Sequence record: KY606587.1
DNA length: 32,000 nucleotides
Strand: one strand, 5' to 3'
Origin: Dinoroseobacter phage vB_DshS-R5C
Shown here: positions 9,275 through 17,354 of the stretch, in pieces
Numbering within the stretch: the stretch's first letter is position 1
How the letters are laid out: every line of letters starts with the position of its first letter
Program-made: the position numbers and the translations under genes
The notes under the pieces: model-generated
What the model was told of the DNA's origin: nothing
The model's input: the letters and a program-made list of their open reading frames with translations, nothing else
The model's database searches: none

Positions 9275-9873
9275 CATCAACGGTACTGCTCGACTGCGAC
9301 GACGTTCTCCTGAACTGGCTCGACGGCTTCCGAAAATACGTCGCCGCGAAGCGTGGCGTCGAAATCTGCGAACGCGGCCCGACCGATTGGGTCATGGACG
9401 AGTGGCTTGGCACTGAGCCCCACGAAACCATCCAACTGATCGAGGAGTTCAACGCGTCGCCCGCGTTCGGCAAACTCGAACCCGTCGAAGGTGCGCAGGA
9501 CGCCATCCGCATGATGGGCGTGATGAGCGACTACCACGTGCGGATGCACGTGATCACCTCATGCTCGTCCGATTGGGCGACCGTCGAGATGCGCAAGACC
9601 AACCTGCGCGAGCACTACGGGTTCAACACGTTCGATTCCGTTCACTGCCTCGACCTCGGGCAGTCGAAAGAGTCGATCCTGCACGCGTTCGACGCACCGT
9701 GCTTGTGGATCGAAGACAACATCAAGAACGCGCTTCTGGGCGTGAAAGCCGGGCACCGCGTCGTCATGCGTCAGACGTCGCACAACGTCAGACACCGAGC
9801 GGACGCTGAGTCTGCCGGCATCGTCTGGATCGAACACTGGAACGAACTCAAACTCGGAGACTACTTCAAATGA
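9271..9873 (+). CDS. HAD-superfamily hydrolase, possible 5'(3')-deoxyribonucleotidase
   Basis: N-terminal motif LLDCDDVLLNW, ITSC, CLWIEDNIKNALLG motif IV; 200 aa. Confidence 0.65.
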   Translation: MTSTVLLDCDDVLLNWLDGFRKYVAAKRGVEICERGPTDWVMDEWLGTEPHETIQLIEEFNASPAFGKLEPVEGAQDAIRMMGVMSDYHVRMHVITSCSSDWATVEMRKTNLREHYGFNTFDSVHCLDLGQSKESILHAFDAPCLWIEDNIKNALLGVKAGHRVVMRQTSHNVRHRADAESAGIVWIEHWNELKLGDYFK

Positions 9874-10313
9874 AATACCGCTCGACCAAACTCTTCAAGG
9901 ACCTCGGCCCTGTCGCATATCGTCAGTGGCGCGCAGATTCGCACTGCAACCTGATCCACGGCTACTCGCTGTCCTTCAAGTTCACCTTCGAGTCCGACGA
10001 CCTCGACGCGCGCAACTGGGTCGTCGACTTTGGCGGTCTCAAGGAAGTGAAGGCGATGCTCGAGTCGCAGTTCGATCACACGCTCCTCGTTGCGTCCGAC
10101 GATCCGCACCTCGACTGGTACAACGAGGCGCACGAGCGCGGCATCGCGAAGGTGATGGAGTTCCCGGCGCTCGGGTGCGAAGCGATTGCCGACATGGTCT
10201 TCGAATGGATGGCCGACTGGCTCGCGACGGACGGCGGCTACGGCGACCGCGTTCGCCTCGTGTCCGTAGAGGTCATGGAACACGAGAAGAATTCAGCGAT
10301 CAGGATGGCCTGA
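9870..10313 (+). CDS. queD: 6-carboxy-tetrahydropterin synthase-like (QueD family, variant)
   Basis: SHCNLIHGYSLSF corresponds to the Cys/HGH region, NWVVDFGGLK, FDHTLLV, C-terminal VEVMEH. Variant at zinc-ligand positions. Confidence 0.75.
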   Translation: MKYRSTKLFKDLGPVAYRQWRADSHCNLIHGYSLSFKFTFESDDLDARNWVVDFGGLKEVKAMLESQFDHTLLVASDDPHLDWYNEAHERGIAKVMEFPALGCEAIADMVFEWMADWLATDGGYGDRVRLVSVEVMEHEKNSAIRMA

Positions 10314-10337
10314 CCTCGACCCACCAGGTCGTCCTAG

Positions 10338-10371
10338 CGAGGTGCGCAGCCCGAAAAGGTTGCGCACCTCG
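10338..10371 (+). terminator. Strong hairpin, possible terminator
   Basis: Perfect 11-bp inverted repeat CGAGGTGCGCA / TGCGCACCTCG, 12-nt loop, followed by TCCTTTTGT. Confidence 0.5.
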
Positions 10372-10423
10372 TCCTTTTGTGCGAAAAGCGACTCATCAAC
10401 AGCGACTCAACGGAGACACGAAA

Positions 10424-10585
10424 ATGAACATCGAGCGCATCAACGCACGTTTCATCAAAAACCACGGCGAGATCGTGCGCACCTGGGACGAGACCCAGCG
10501 CGACTCGCAGCGCAAGGTCACCTACGCCGTCACGATGTGCGAACATGCCGACGGCTTCAAACGCGTCTTGACCGTCGCTGAATGA
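10424..10585 (+). CDS. Small hypothetical protein (53 aa)
   Basis: ATG preceded by CAACGGAGACACGAAA; MNIERINARFIKNHGEIVRTWDETQRDSQRKVTYAVTMCEHADGFKRVLTVAE. Confidence 0.55.
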   Translation: MNIERINARFIKNHGEIVRTWDETQRDSQRKVTYAVTMCEHADGFKRVLTVAE

Positions 10586-10643
10586 TCTGAACAACCTCAA
10601 CCGCGTGATCAACGCTTAATTCTGAACAACGGAGACCAAACCT

Positions 10644-11441
10644 ATGAAACAGTTCATCGCACATACTGACGAACCGAAAACCTTCGCCCACAAAAAGGGC
10701 GCGACGGCCGCGATCAAGCGCGACCTGAACAAGCACCACGACGCCTACGGCGATGTGCTCTACGACACTGGCTTCGACGTGAAGCCGACGGGTGACCGTT
10801 TCGGTGTCGTCGTTTACGTCGATCTCACGCCGACGCAGGCGCAGGAACTTGTCGGTCCCGAACTCAGCGGCTACGTTATCGAACCTCAACTGAAAGAGGA
10901 CGATCCGAAGGTGAACGCGAAAACCGACGAACCGTCCGACACGAAAACCGACGAACCGTCCACGCCGAAACGCGTAAAAGGCCGCGTCGAGATCGAACCG
11001 TCGGGCTTGAACCTTGTGCCTGCACGTCACGGCTCGAAGCAGCAGCAGATCATCGAGATGCTTGCGCGGCCTGAAGGCGCGTCCATCGACGAAATGGTCG
11101 CCGACCTCGCACGTCGCGACGGCTCGAACTGGAAGCCGCAATCGCTCATGGCGGGCCTGTACCACCACTTCCCCCACAAGGGCTATGGCATCACGACGAC
11201 CGAAGGCGACAACGGCGAGTACCGCTACCACCTCGTCTACCCTGAGGGCGTGACGACGTTCGCCGCGCCGCGGCGACCGCAGTCGCAGCAGACGAAGATC
11301 GACCGGATGCGCGGGTTCCTCGCGTCGCACGAAACCGACGGTGCAAAGAAGGTCGGTGAGCTGACCGACGACGCGCTGCTCGAGAAGTTCAAGAACGTGA
11401 CCGCGCTCAAGGACTACGTCGAACGCATGGACGACATCTGA
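10644..11441 (+). CDS. Hypothetical protein, possible winged-helix-like segment similar to DUF3489-type proteins
   Basis: 265 aa; RBS AACAACGGAGACC; ARHGSKQQQIIEMLARPEGASIDEMVADLARRDGSNWKPQSLMAGL. Confidence 0.65.
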   Translation: MKQFIAHTDEPKTFAHKKGATAAIKRDLNKHHDAYGDVLYDTGFDVKPTGDRFGVVVYVDLTPTQAQELVGPELSGYVIEPQLKEDDPKVNAKTDEPSDTKTDEPSTPKRVKGRVEIEPSGLNLVPARHGSKQQQIIEMLARPEGASIDEMVADLARRDGSNWKPQSLMAGLYHHFPHKGYGITTTEGDNGEYRYHLVYPEGVTTFAAPRRPQSQQTKIDRMRGFLASHETDGAKKVGELTDDALLEKFKNVTALKDYVERMDDI

Positions 11442-11449
11442 AGTCGCGC

Positions 11450-11478
11450 TTGACCGTTGATCGGTCAGAACTTAATGT
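11450..11478 (+). promoter_or_regulatory. Sigma70-like promoter upstream of queC
   Basis: TTGACC (11450-11455), 17-nt spacer, TAATGT (11473-11478), in the intergenic gap before queC. Confidence 0.6.
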
Positions 11479-11522
11479 GATCGAAGGCGGCGCACTCGCG
11501 TCGCCTTCATTCATGCAACTGC

Positions 11523-11533
11523 GCGTTTAAACG
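11523..11533. repeat. GTTTAAAC palindrome copy 3
   Basis: GCGTTTAAACG in the queC leader. Confidence 0.8.
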
Positions 11534-11575
11534 ACGCGCGCCTGTGGTGGCTTACCAGGAAAGGAAAACCACACC

Positions 11576-12424
11576 ATGACATCGAAAGCACTCGTCGTCC
11601 TGTCAGGCGGACAGGATTCCACGACATGCCTCTACTGGGCCCTGCAGCAGGGCTACGATGAGGTCCACGCCATCACCTTCGACTACAATCAGCGCCATCG
11701 TGCCGAGATCGACGCAGCCGTGAAGATCGCGAAGGACGCCGGCGTGAAGACGCACCAGGTGATCGAGATCGGTCCGATCCTGGGCGGCACGTCGCCGCTC
11801 GTGTCCGACAACGAACTCGAGCAGTATCCCGATGGTGACCTGCCCGGCGGTCTCGAAAAGACCTTCGTGCCGATGCGCAACCAGACCTTCCTCACGCTCG
11901 CAGCGAACCGCGCCTACGTGCTCGGCTGTCGCAACCTGATCACGGGCGTTTGTCAGGAAGACTTCGGCGGCTACCCCGACTGTCGGCAGGTGTTCATCGA
12001 CGCGCTCGAGAAGGCCTGCAACCTGGGCACATTCACGGGTGAGGATGGCGCGCTCGGCGCGTTGAAGATCCACACCCCGCTGATGAACCTCACGAAGGCC
12101 GAAAGCGTGCATCTCGCGCGCCGCCTGCCCGGGTGCATGGAGGCGCTCGCGTACTCCCACACGGCCTACGACGGTCAGTATCCGCCGACCGGCTCCGATC
12201 ACGCGACGAAGTTGCGCGAACAGGGCTTCGAGGCGGCAGGCGTCGCGGACCCGATCTGGTTGCGTGCCGCGTGCGAAGGCCTGGGCGAGCTGCCCGCGTC
12301 GTCGAACTACGACATCGCGCGCGAAGTCACGGCGAAGGGTCCCAAGGGCAAGAAGAAGCACTGGACGCCTGACGAGTTCGTCTCGCTCGTTCAGGAAGCC
12401 GAGTTCGACGCGGTGCCCGCCTGA
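11576..12424 (+). CDS. queC: 7-cyano-7-deazaguanine synthase (QueC), variant lacking canonical Zn cysteines
   Basis: VVLSGGQDSTTCLYWAL PP-loop, TFDYNQRHRAEI, NLITGVCQEDFGGYPDCR, HTPLMNLTKAE, GFEAAGVADP. Confidence 0.9.
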   Translation: MTSKALVVLSGGQDSTTCLYWALQQGYDEVHAITFDYNQRHRAEIDAAVKIAKDAGVKTHQVIEIGPILGGTSPLVSDNELEQYPDGDLPGGLEKTFVPMRNQTFLTLAANRAYVLGCRNLITGVCQEDFGGYPDCRQVFIDALEKACNLGTFTGEDGALGALKIHTPLMNLTKAESVHLARRLPGCMEALAYSHTAYDGQYPPTGSDHATKLREQGFEAAGVADPIWLRAACEGLGELPASSNYDIAREVTAKGPKGKKKHWTPDEFVSLVQEAEFDAVPA

Positions 12425-12987
12425 TGGACACGAAGCACGACATCATCCGCGCGATGCTGCGCGAGATCGGTGAGGATGAACGCGAAGGGCTGGCTGAAAC
12501 GCCAGCCCGGGTCGTCAAGGCGTGGAACACCTGGTTCGGCGGATACGGGCGCGACCCGGTCGAAGTCCTGAAGGTGTTCGAAGACGGCGCCGAAGGCGTG
12601 GACGAGATGGTCATCGAAGTCGACATCCCGTTCTACACGCACTGCGAGCACCACATGGCGCCTTTCTTCGGCCTCGCGTCCGTCGCGTATGTCCCGAACG
12701 GGAAAGTGCTCGGCCTGTCGAAGATGAACCGCCTCGTCGATCTGTTCGCGCGTCGCCTGCAGGTTCAGGAGCGTCTCACGAACCAGATCGCCGACGCGCT
12801 CGAGGAAAACCTGAAACCGAAAGGCGTGGGCGTCCTGCTGCGTGCGCGCCACATGTGCGTCGAGTCGCGCGGTGTTCAGCATCGCGGATGCTCGACCACG
12901 ACGAGCGCGCTGCGAGGCGCGATCAAAGACGAACCGGACGCGCGGATGGAATTCCTGACGCTCGCCAAGACGACAACGCCAATCTGA
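12424..12987 (+). CDS. folE: GTP cyclohydrolase I
   Basis: IPFYTHCEHHMAPFFGLASVAYVP, LGLSKMNRLVDLFARRLQVQERLTNQIA, HMCVESRGVQ. Confidence 0.95.
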   Translation: MDTKHDIIRAMLREIGEDEREGLAETPARVVKAWNTWFGGYGRDPVEVLKVFEDGAEGVDEMVIEVDIPFYTHCEHHMAPFFGLASVAYVPNGKVLGLSKMNRLVDLFARRLQVQERLTNQIADALEENLKPKGVGVLLRARHMCVESRGVQHRGCSTTTSALRGAIKDEPDARMEFLTLAKTTTPI

Positions 12988-12995
12988 GGACCAAC

Positions 12996-13580
12996 ATGAC
13001 CACGGAATACTCGAAACCCGACGACCTCGAGAAGCTGGGCTCCGGCTCCGCTGATCAACGTGAGTGGCCCAAGCTGCCTCCCACGCCCGAAGTGCTCGAG
13101 CGCTTCCCGAACCCGATGAAGTTCTCGCGTCACCCGTCGCCCAATCCCATCCAGCTCGGCGGCTACGACGACCCCTTCGAGTTCACTTCGCTGTGTCCGA
13201 AGACCGGTCAGCCCGATCATGCGCGCATCGTCGTCAACTACCAGCCGAAGGACTGGTGCGTTGAGTCGAAGTCGTGGAAGATCTACCTGCAATCGTTCCG
13301 GCTGCATGGCGAATTCCACGAGTCTTGCATCCAGCGCATCAAGGACGACCTGGTCGACCTGCTCGACCCGCTGTGGATCGAGGTGACCGGCGAGTTCACG
13401 CCGCGCGGCGGCATCTCGATCAACCCGACTGCGCGCTGGGAATACCCGATGAAGGGCGTCACGTTCGAACAGATGACCGACACGCGCTCGCCGCAAGATC
13501 GCCTGAACGAGATGCTGGCGAATGGCTCGCACGTCGGCGAGCGTATCGGTGAAGGCGAAATGCCTGATCCGACCATGTGA
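12996..13580 (+). CDS. queF: NADPH-dependent 7-cyano-7-deazaguanine reductase (QueF)
   Basis: FEFTSLCPKTGQPDHARI (catalytic Cys), QueF motif ESKSWKIYLQSFRLHGEFHE, FTPRGGISINP. Starts at ATG 12996 (MTTEYSKPD); the longer track ORF includes spurious upstream residues. Confidence 0.93.
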   Translation: MTTEYSKPDDLEKLGSGSADQREWPKLPPTPEVLERFPNPMKFSRHPSPNPIQLGGYDDPFEFTSLCPKTGQPDHARIVVNYQPKDWCVESKSWKIYLQSFRLHGEFHESCIQRIKDDLVDLLDPLWIEVTGEFTPRGGISINPTARWEYPMKGVTFEQMTDTRSPQDRLNEMLANGSHVGERIGEGEMPDPTM

Positions 13581-13584
13581 TCAA

Positions 13585-13624
13585 GATGCGCGCCTTGTTT
13601 CGTCCTTGAGGCAAGGCGCGCATC
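13585..13624. other. Perfect 13-bp inverted repeat (hairpin) between queF and the next ORF
   Basis: GATGCGCGCCTTG (13585-13597) / CAAGGCGCGCATC (13612-13624), 14-nt loop, no T-run. Confidence 0.7.
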
Positions 13625-13662
13625 CCACTACAACGGTTGCACATCGAACAACGGAGACCGAC

Positions 13663-13860
13663 ATGGCCCACAACTACCTCACCGACGCGCAGTCGCGCAT
13701 CGTGCAGCAGATCAGCAACGACGTGACCGTGCCGGAAAAGATCCGCAACGTCGTCGTCGCTGCGATGCGTCAGCGCAATGCCAAACTTCGTGGCTCGTTC
13801 GACGATTGCCGGGAAGCGAACGATGCGCTGGTCAGCGCTGTTGATGCGCTGGAGGTCTGA
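13663..13860 (+). CDS. Small hypothetical protein (65 aa)
   Basis: MAHNYLTDAQSRIVQQISNDVTVPEKIRNVVVAAM...; RBS AACAACGGAGACC; directly upstream of dpdA. Confidence 0.6.
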   Translation: MAHNYLTDAQSRIVQQISNDVTVPEKIRNVVVAAMRQRNAKLRGSFDDCREANDALVSAVDALEV

Positions 13861-13862
13861 TC

Positions 13863-15155
13863 ATGCACCTTTACATGAGCGGCACGCCGCGCAACGACCC
13901 CTACCAGACCATCGAGAATCGCCTCTGCACGCATCGCCTTTTCTCGATGCACGCCGAGTATGAACGCCCAGTGCTGCGCTGGGTCGATGATCTGCGCAAC
14001 GGCATCCTCGACGCTGAGGACTACCTGCGCGCCTACCCGCACCACCGAGACAACATCATCAAGCGCGACGCCGCGCGCCGTGAGATGCAGAAGCAGTATG
14101 GGCACAGCGAGGACTACGACATGTCCGAAGTGCTCGAGCACGTCTGCAAGACGCTCAAGGGCCGTCCATACCCGAAGGCGATCCTGCTCGACTCGGGCGC
14201 GTTCACGGCCTGGAACAAAGGCGAGACGACGACGGTCGACGACGTGAAGCGCAAGTACACGTCCTTCATCGAGAAGGCCGGCGACATGTTCGACGAGATC
14301 TGGGGCGTCAACCTCGACGTAATCCCGGGCGAAAAAGGTCGCGACCCGACCGAAGACGAACTCAAGCGCGCGGTCGAGGTGTCGGACATCAACTTCGAGA
14401 TCCTGGTCAAGGAGTTCGGGGACATCATCCTTCCCGTGTATCACCAAGGCGAAAGCCTCGACCGGCTCGACGGGTGCGTTGCGCAGGTCGATGGCAAATC
14501 GAACTACATCTGCGTCTCGCCTCGAAACGACCTGCCGGAAGGCAAGCGCGTCGATTGGTCGCGCGACGTTCACTTCGAGATCAAGCGTCGCTACTCGCAC
14601 ATCATGACGCACGGCCTCGCGACGACGGGCAATCGCATGGTTCGCACCGTGCCGTGGTACTCGGGCGACTCCGCCGCATGGGTGCAGCACGGCGGCTTCG
14701 GCATGATCGACATCTTCCACGACGAAGATCACTCGTTCGGTCGCAAAGCGCAGCCGCACTACATGAACTACTTCGTGTCGCTCGACAAAGTCGAGTTCGA
14801 CCTCGACGGCTCCTTCGTGTCGAAGACCGGTGAGCGTTTAAACGCGCGGTCGCTCGGCTGTCATGAGGATATGAAGATGGGCGAGGTTGCCGAGGTCTTG
14901 ATGCAGCATGTGTCCGACATCGACGCGCTGCCCATGGTTGGCGGTCACATTCGCGACGAGTCCAAGCACTTCAATCGGCTGGGACCTGAGCACCGTGCGT
15001 TCATCAAGCAACGCGTCGAACGCCTCGGTTTCCCGTTCGAGTCGTGCCGCTGGGATTCTCGCATCAGGAATCTGATCTGCATGGCTGAGTTCGTCGAGTT
15101 CGCTGAATGGGCGAAAGATGCGCCGAAAGACCGCGCGCAGGTGAGCCTCTTCTGA
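13863..15155 (+). CDS. dpdA: DpdA-like DNA guanine transglycosylase (TGT-family, 7-deazaguanine insertion)
   Basis: 430 aa with KAILLDSGAFTAWNKG, DEIWGVNLDVIPG, NYICVSPRNDLP, SHIMTHGLATTG; co-located with queC/folE/queF. Confidence 0.8.
   Translation: MHLYMSGTPRNDPYQTIENRLCTHRLFSMHAEYERPVLRWVDDLRNGILDAEDYLRAYPHHRDNIIKRDAARREMQKQYGHSEDYDMSEVLEHVCKTLKGRPYPKAILLDSGAFTAWNKGETTTVDDVKRKYTSFIEKAGDMFDEIWGVNLDVIPGEKGRDPTEDELKRAVEVSDINFEILVKEFGDIILPVYHQGESLDRLDGCVAQVDGKSNYICVSPRNDLPEGKRVDWSRDVHFEIKRRYSHIMTHGLATTGNRMVRTVPWYSGDSAAWVQHGGFGMIDIFHDEDHSFGRKAQPHYMNYFVSLDKVEFDLDGSFVSKTGERLNARSLGCHEDMKMGEVAEVLMQHVSDIDALPMVGGHIRDESKHFNRLGPEHRAFIKQRVERLGFPFESCRWDSRIRNLICMAEFVEFAEWAKDAPKDRAQVSLF
14834..14845. repeat. 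GTTTAAAC palindrome copy 4
   Basis: GCGTTTAAACGC; inside dpdA. Confidence 0.85.
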
Positions 15156-15466
15156 TGTTTGAGATCCTGCACTCCGCAATGCAACGCGACCAGGTGCGTT
15201 TCGTGGACGACGGCTTCTTCATGTTCGCGGATCGGGGCGACTTCGTCACGTCGACCGCGTTCTTCGCCATGAAGCCATCCGCGGCGCACATCATGGTCGC
15301 AGACATCGAGAAGATCGCGAACGGGCGACCGATCAGGATCAGTCTGAACAAGGCCGACGAACTCGAGGCACGCGCGCTGGAATCGTCCGGCTTTGTCGTC
15401 GTCGAGGAGAAAGGCCAGCTCAACTACTGGGTGAAGGGGGACCTGCATGCTGCTCGCGATGCGTGA
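15155..15466 (+). CDS. Mini GNAT-like protein 1 (degenerate CoA loop)
   Basis: MFEILHSAMQRDQVRFVDDGFFMFADRGDFVTSTAFFAMKPSAAHIMVADIEKIANGRPIRISLNKADELEARALESSGFVVVEEKGQLNYWVKG; TGATG overlap with dpdA; aligns by eye with the next ORF. Confidence 0.5.
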   Translation: MFEILHSAMQRDQVRFVDDGFFMFADRGDFVTSTAFFAMKPSAAHIMVADIEKIANGRPIRISLNKADELEARALESSGFVVVEEKGQLNYWVKGDLHAARDA

Positions 15467-15782
15467 GGCCGCCGAGGCCGGACATCTCAAGATCGTCGAT
15501 GGCGGGTTGCTCGAGTTCAAACCGCGCCGCGACGGGCAACTGACGATCTACACCATTGTGGCGACGAAGCCCGGCGTCGGTTCGCAACTGTTCAAGTGGC
15601 TGCTCGACTACTGCCGCGAGCACCGCGTGCAATTCATTCAGGCGAAGTGCCCGGTCGATCTGCCGAGCAACGCCTGGTACGAGAAAAAGGGCTTCGAACT
15701 CGCGTGCGTCGAAAAGACGAAACGCTCGGGCCGTGAGTTGAACGTGTGGCGGTATCCGCTGACACGTCGGGAGCTGTTCTGA
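15447..15782 (+). CDS. GNAT-family N-acetyltransferase-like protein 2
   Basis: VATKPGVGSQLFKWLLDYC (acyl-CoA loop-like) and SNAWYEKKGFELACVEK; about 100-110 aa. Start could be 15447 or 15459. Confidence 0.7.
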   Translation: MLLAMREAAEAGHLKIVDGGLLEFKPRRDGQLTIYTIVATKPGVGSQLFKWLLDYCREHRVQFIQAKCPVDLPSNAWYEKKGFELACVEKTKRSGRELNVWRYPLTRRELF

Positions 15783-16990
15783 TGGATTGGTCCGATGATC
15801 AAAAGACCGCGCTGACGCGCATCGACCAATGGTTGAAGCAGAGCGATTCTCCGCGGTTCTCTCTGGGTGGCTACGCCGGGACGGGTAAGACGACGCTCGC
15901 CAAGCACATCGCGGAGAGCCACGGCGGAGACGTGCGCTTTGCGGCGTTCACAGGCAAAGCCGCGTCCGTGTTGCGCGCGAAGGGCTGTCCAGGTGCGACG
16001 ACCATCCACAAACTGATCTACCAGCCGAAAGGCGACACCAACGCTTCGCAGATCGACGAACTGCGACAACTGATCGAAAACGAATCCGCGAAACCTGAAC
16101 CCGACCGCGCGAACATCGCGACATGGAAGCACGACCTCGAACGGCTCGAGGCGGAATCCAATGCGATGTTTGAGCGCAAGGCCGAAGCCGAGATCGCGGA
16201 AGCGGACCTCGTGATCATCGACGAGTCGTCGATGGTCGACCGACGCATGGGAAGCGACCTCGAGTCCTACGGCGTGCCGATCCTGTATCTCGGCGACCCC
16301 GGCCAGCTCCCGCCCGTCAAAGGCAAGGCGCATCTTCGTCCCGGCGAGTACGACTACGTCCTCGAGCAGATCCATCGCCAAGCGGCGGACAGCCCGATCA
16401 TCTGGCTCGCCAATCAGGTGCGCAACGGGCACGAGATCCAGTTCGGCACGTTCGACGGCCTGGTGCGCTGCCTGCCGAAGTCGTCGTGGGACATGGATCT
16501 CGTCGTCAACGCAGATCAGGTCCTGACAGGAACCAACGTGTCGCGGCATCGCATCACGCGGTCGATGCGCAAGCACATCGGTTTCGAGCAGCTCTATCCG
16601 CTCGCCAACGACAAACTCGTGATCCGAAAGAACGATCACGAGAAAGCGATCCTGAACGGCGTCACGTGTCGCGCGGTGCGCGAAGGTTTCCTGCGCAACG
16701 GCATCCTTCGACTGGACATCGAGTACGACGGTCGAGTGCTCGCAGACCAGCTCTGTTGCCCGGGCTATTTCCAGGAAAACTACGGCGAGCGAACCGTCTG
16801 GAAAAAAGGCGACGGCATCACCCACGTCGACTATGGCTACTGCATCACTGGTCACAAGTCGCAGGGCTCGCAATGGCGGCACGTCGTCGTCGCAGACGAC
16901 CGGATGCGTGCCCAGGACCGCGAACAGCGCAAGCGCTGGCTCTATACCGTTATCACACGCGCAGAAGAGGAACTGACGTATTATGTCTAG
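15782..16990 (+). CDS. RecD/Dda-like SF1B helicase
   Basis: LGGYAGTGKTTLAKHI, AAFTGKAASVLRAKG, LVIIDESSMVD, YLGDPGQLPPV, YCITGHKSQGSQW, YTVITRAEEELTY. Confidence 0.9.
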   Translation: MDWSDDQKTALTRIDQWLKQSDSPRFSLGGYAGTGKTTLAKHIAESHGGDVRFAAFTGKAASVLRAKGCPGATTIHKLIYQPKGDTNASQIDELRQLIENESAKPEPDRANIATWKHDLERLEAESNAMFERKAEAEIAEADLVIIDESSMVDRRMGSDLESYGVPILYLGDPGQLPPVKGKAHLRPGEYDYVLEQIHRQAADSPIIWLANQVRNGHEIQFGTFDGLVRCLPKSSWDMDLVVNADQVLTGTNVSRHRITRSMRKHIGFEQLYPLANDKLVIRKNDHEKAILNGVTCRAVREGFLRNGILRLDIEYDGRVLADQLCCPGYFQENYGERTVWKKGDGITHVDYGYCITGHKSQGSQWRHVVVADDRMRAQDREQRKRWLYTVITRAEEELTYYV

Positions 16991-17354
16991 GACTCGCGAG
17001 CAACACAACGCTTACATGCGAGAGTGGCGCACGCGCGACCCAGTTCGTGCGTTACTGGCGTCCGCGAAGAAGTCAGCAAAAATTCGCGGAATTGAGTTCT
17101 CGCTCGTCCGAGAAGACGTCAAGATTCCTGCGCGCTGCCCAATCTTTGCAATCCCGCTGCGCCTCGGTAAAGAAGGACTTGGAGCATGTCGAGATGCGGC
17201 GCCTTCTATTGACCGAATTGACTCGAGCAAAGGATACGTTCGAGGAAATATCGTCGTGGTATCGTTCAAAGCGAACCGCATCAAGAGCAACGCCTCAGCC
17301 GACGAGGTGTTGAAAGTCGGAAGATTCTACAAGGAGCTGACAACTAATGTTTGA
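16983..17354 (+). CDS. HNH-like endonuclease (probable free-standing homing endonuclease)
   Basis: RCPIFAIPL...APSIDRIDSSKGYVRGNIVVVSFKANRIKSNASADEV, matching a common phage HNH-type pattern; visibly more AT-rich than neighbours. Confidence 0.6.
   Translation: MSRTREQHNAYMREWRTRDPVRALLASAKKSAKIRGIEFSLVREDVKIPARCPIFAIPLRLGKEGLGACRDAAPSIDRIDSSKGYVRGNIVVVSFKANRIKSNASADEVLKVGRFYKELTTNV

Noticed and set aside
9926-10423. + strand ORF extension (track 9926..10585) overlapping queD
   Set aside because: Arginine-rich out-of-frame translation of queD; only the last 53 codons from ATG 10424 look like a real gene.
11576-12424. Gat-QueC fusion giving dG+ modification
   Set aside because: The ORF is only 282 aa and has no glutamine amidotransferase domain.
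12522-12995. N-terminal extension of the track ORF that contains QueF
   Set aside because: This part is the wrong frame of folE; the QueF family sequence starts at MTTEYSKPD (12996).
12996-13580. QueF-like amidotransferase (archaeosine-type) instead of a reductase
   Set aside because: The ESKSWKIY segment matches the NADPH-reductase QueF motif, so a reductase to preQ1 is preferred, though only an assay would prove it.
13863-15155. Interpreting the transglycosylase as a host-type tRNA TGT
   Set aside because: It lacks the C-terminal CxCxxC zinc motif of bacterial TGT, and its DSGAFTAW/SPRND/THGLATTG pattern plus gene context fit DpdA better.
15638-17008. 456-aa minus-strand ORF opposite the RecD-like helicase
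   Set aside because: Antisense shadow ORF of a high-GC gene; the + strand carries full helicase motifs and the minus product is a low-information repetitive R/V/D-rich sequence.
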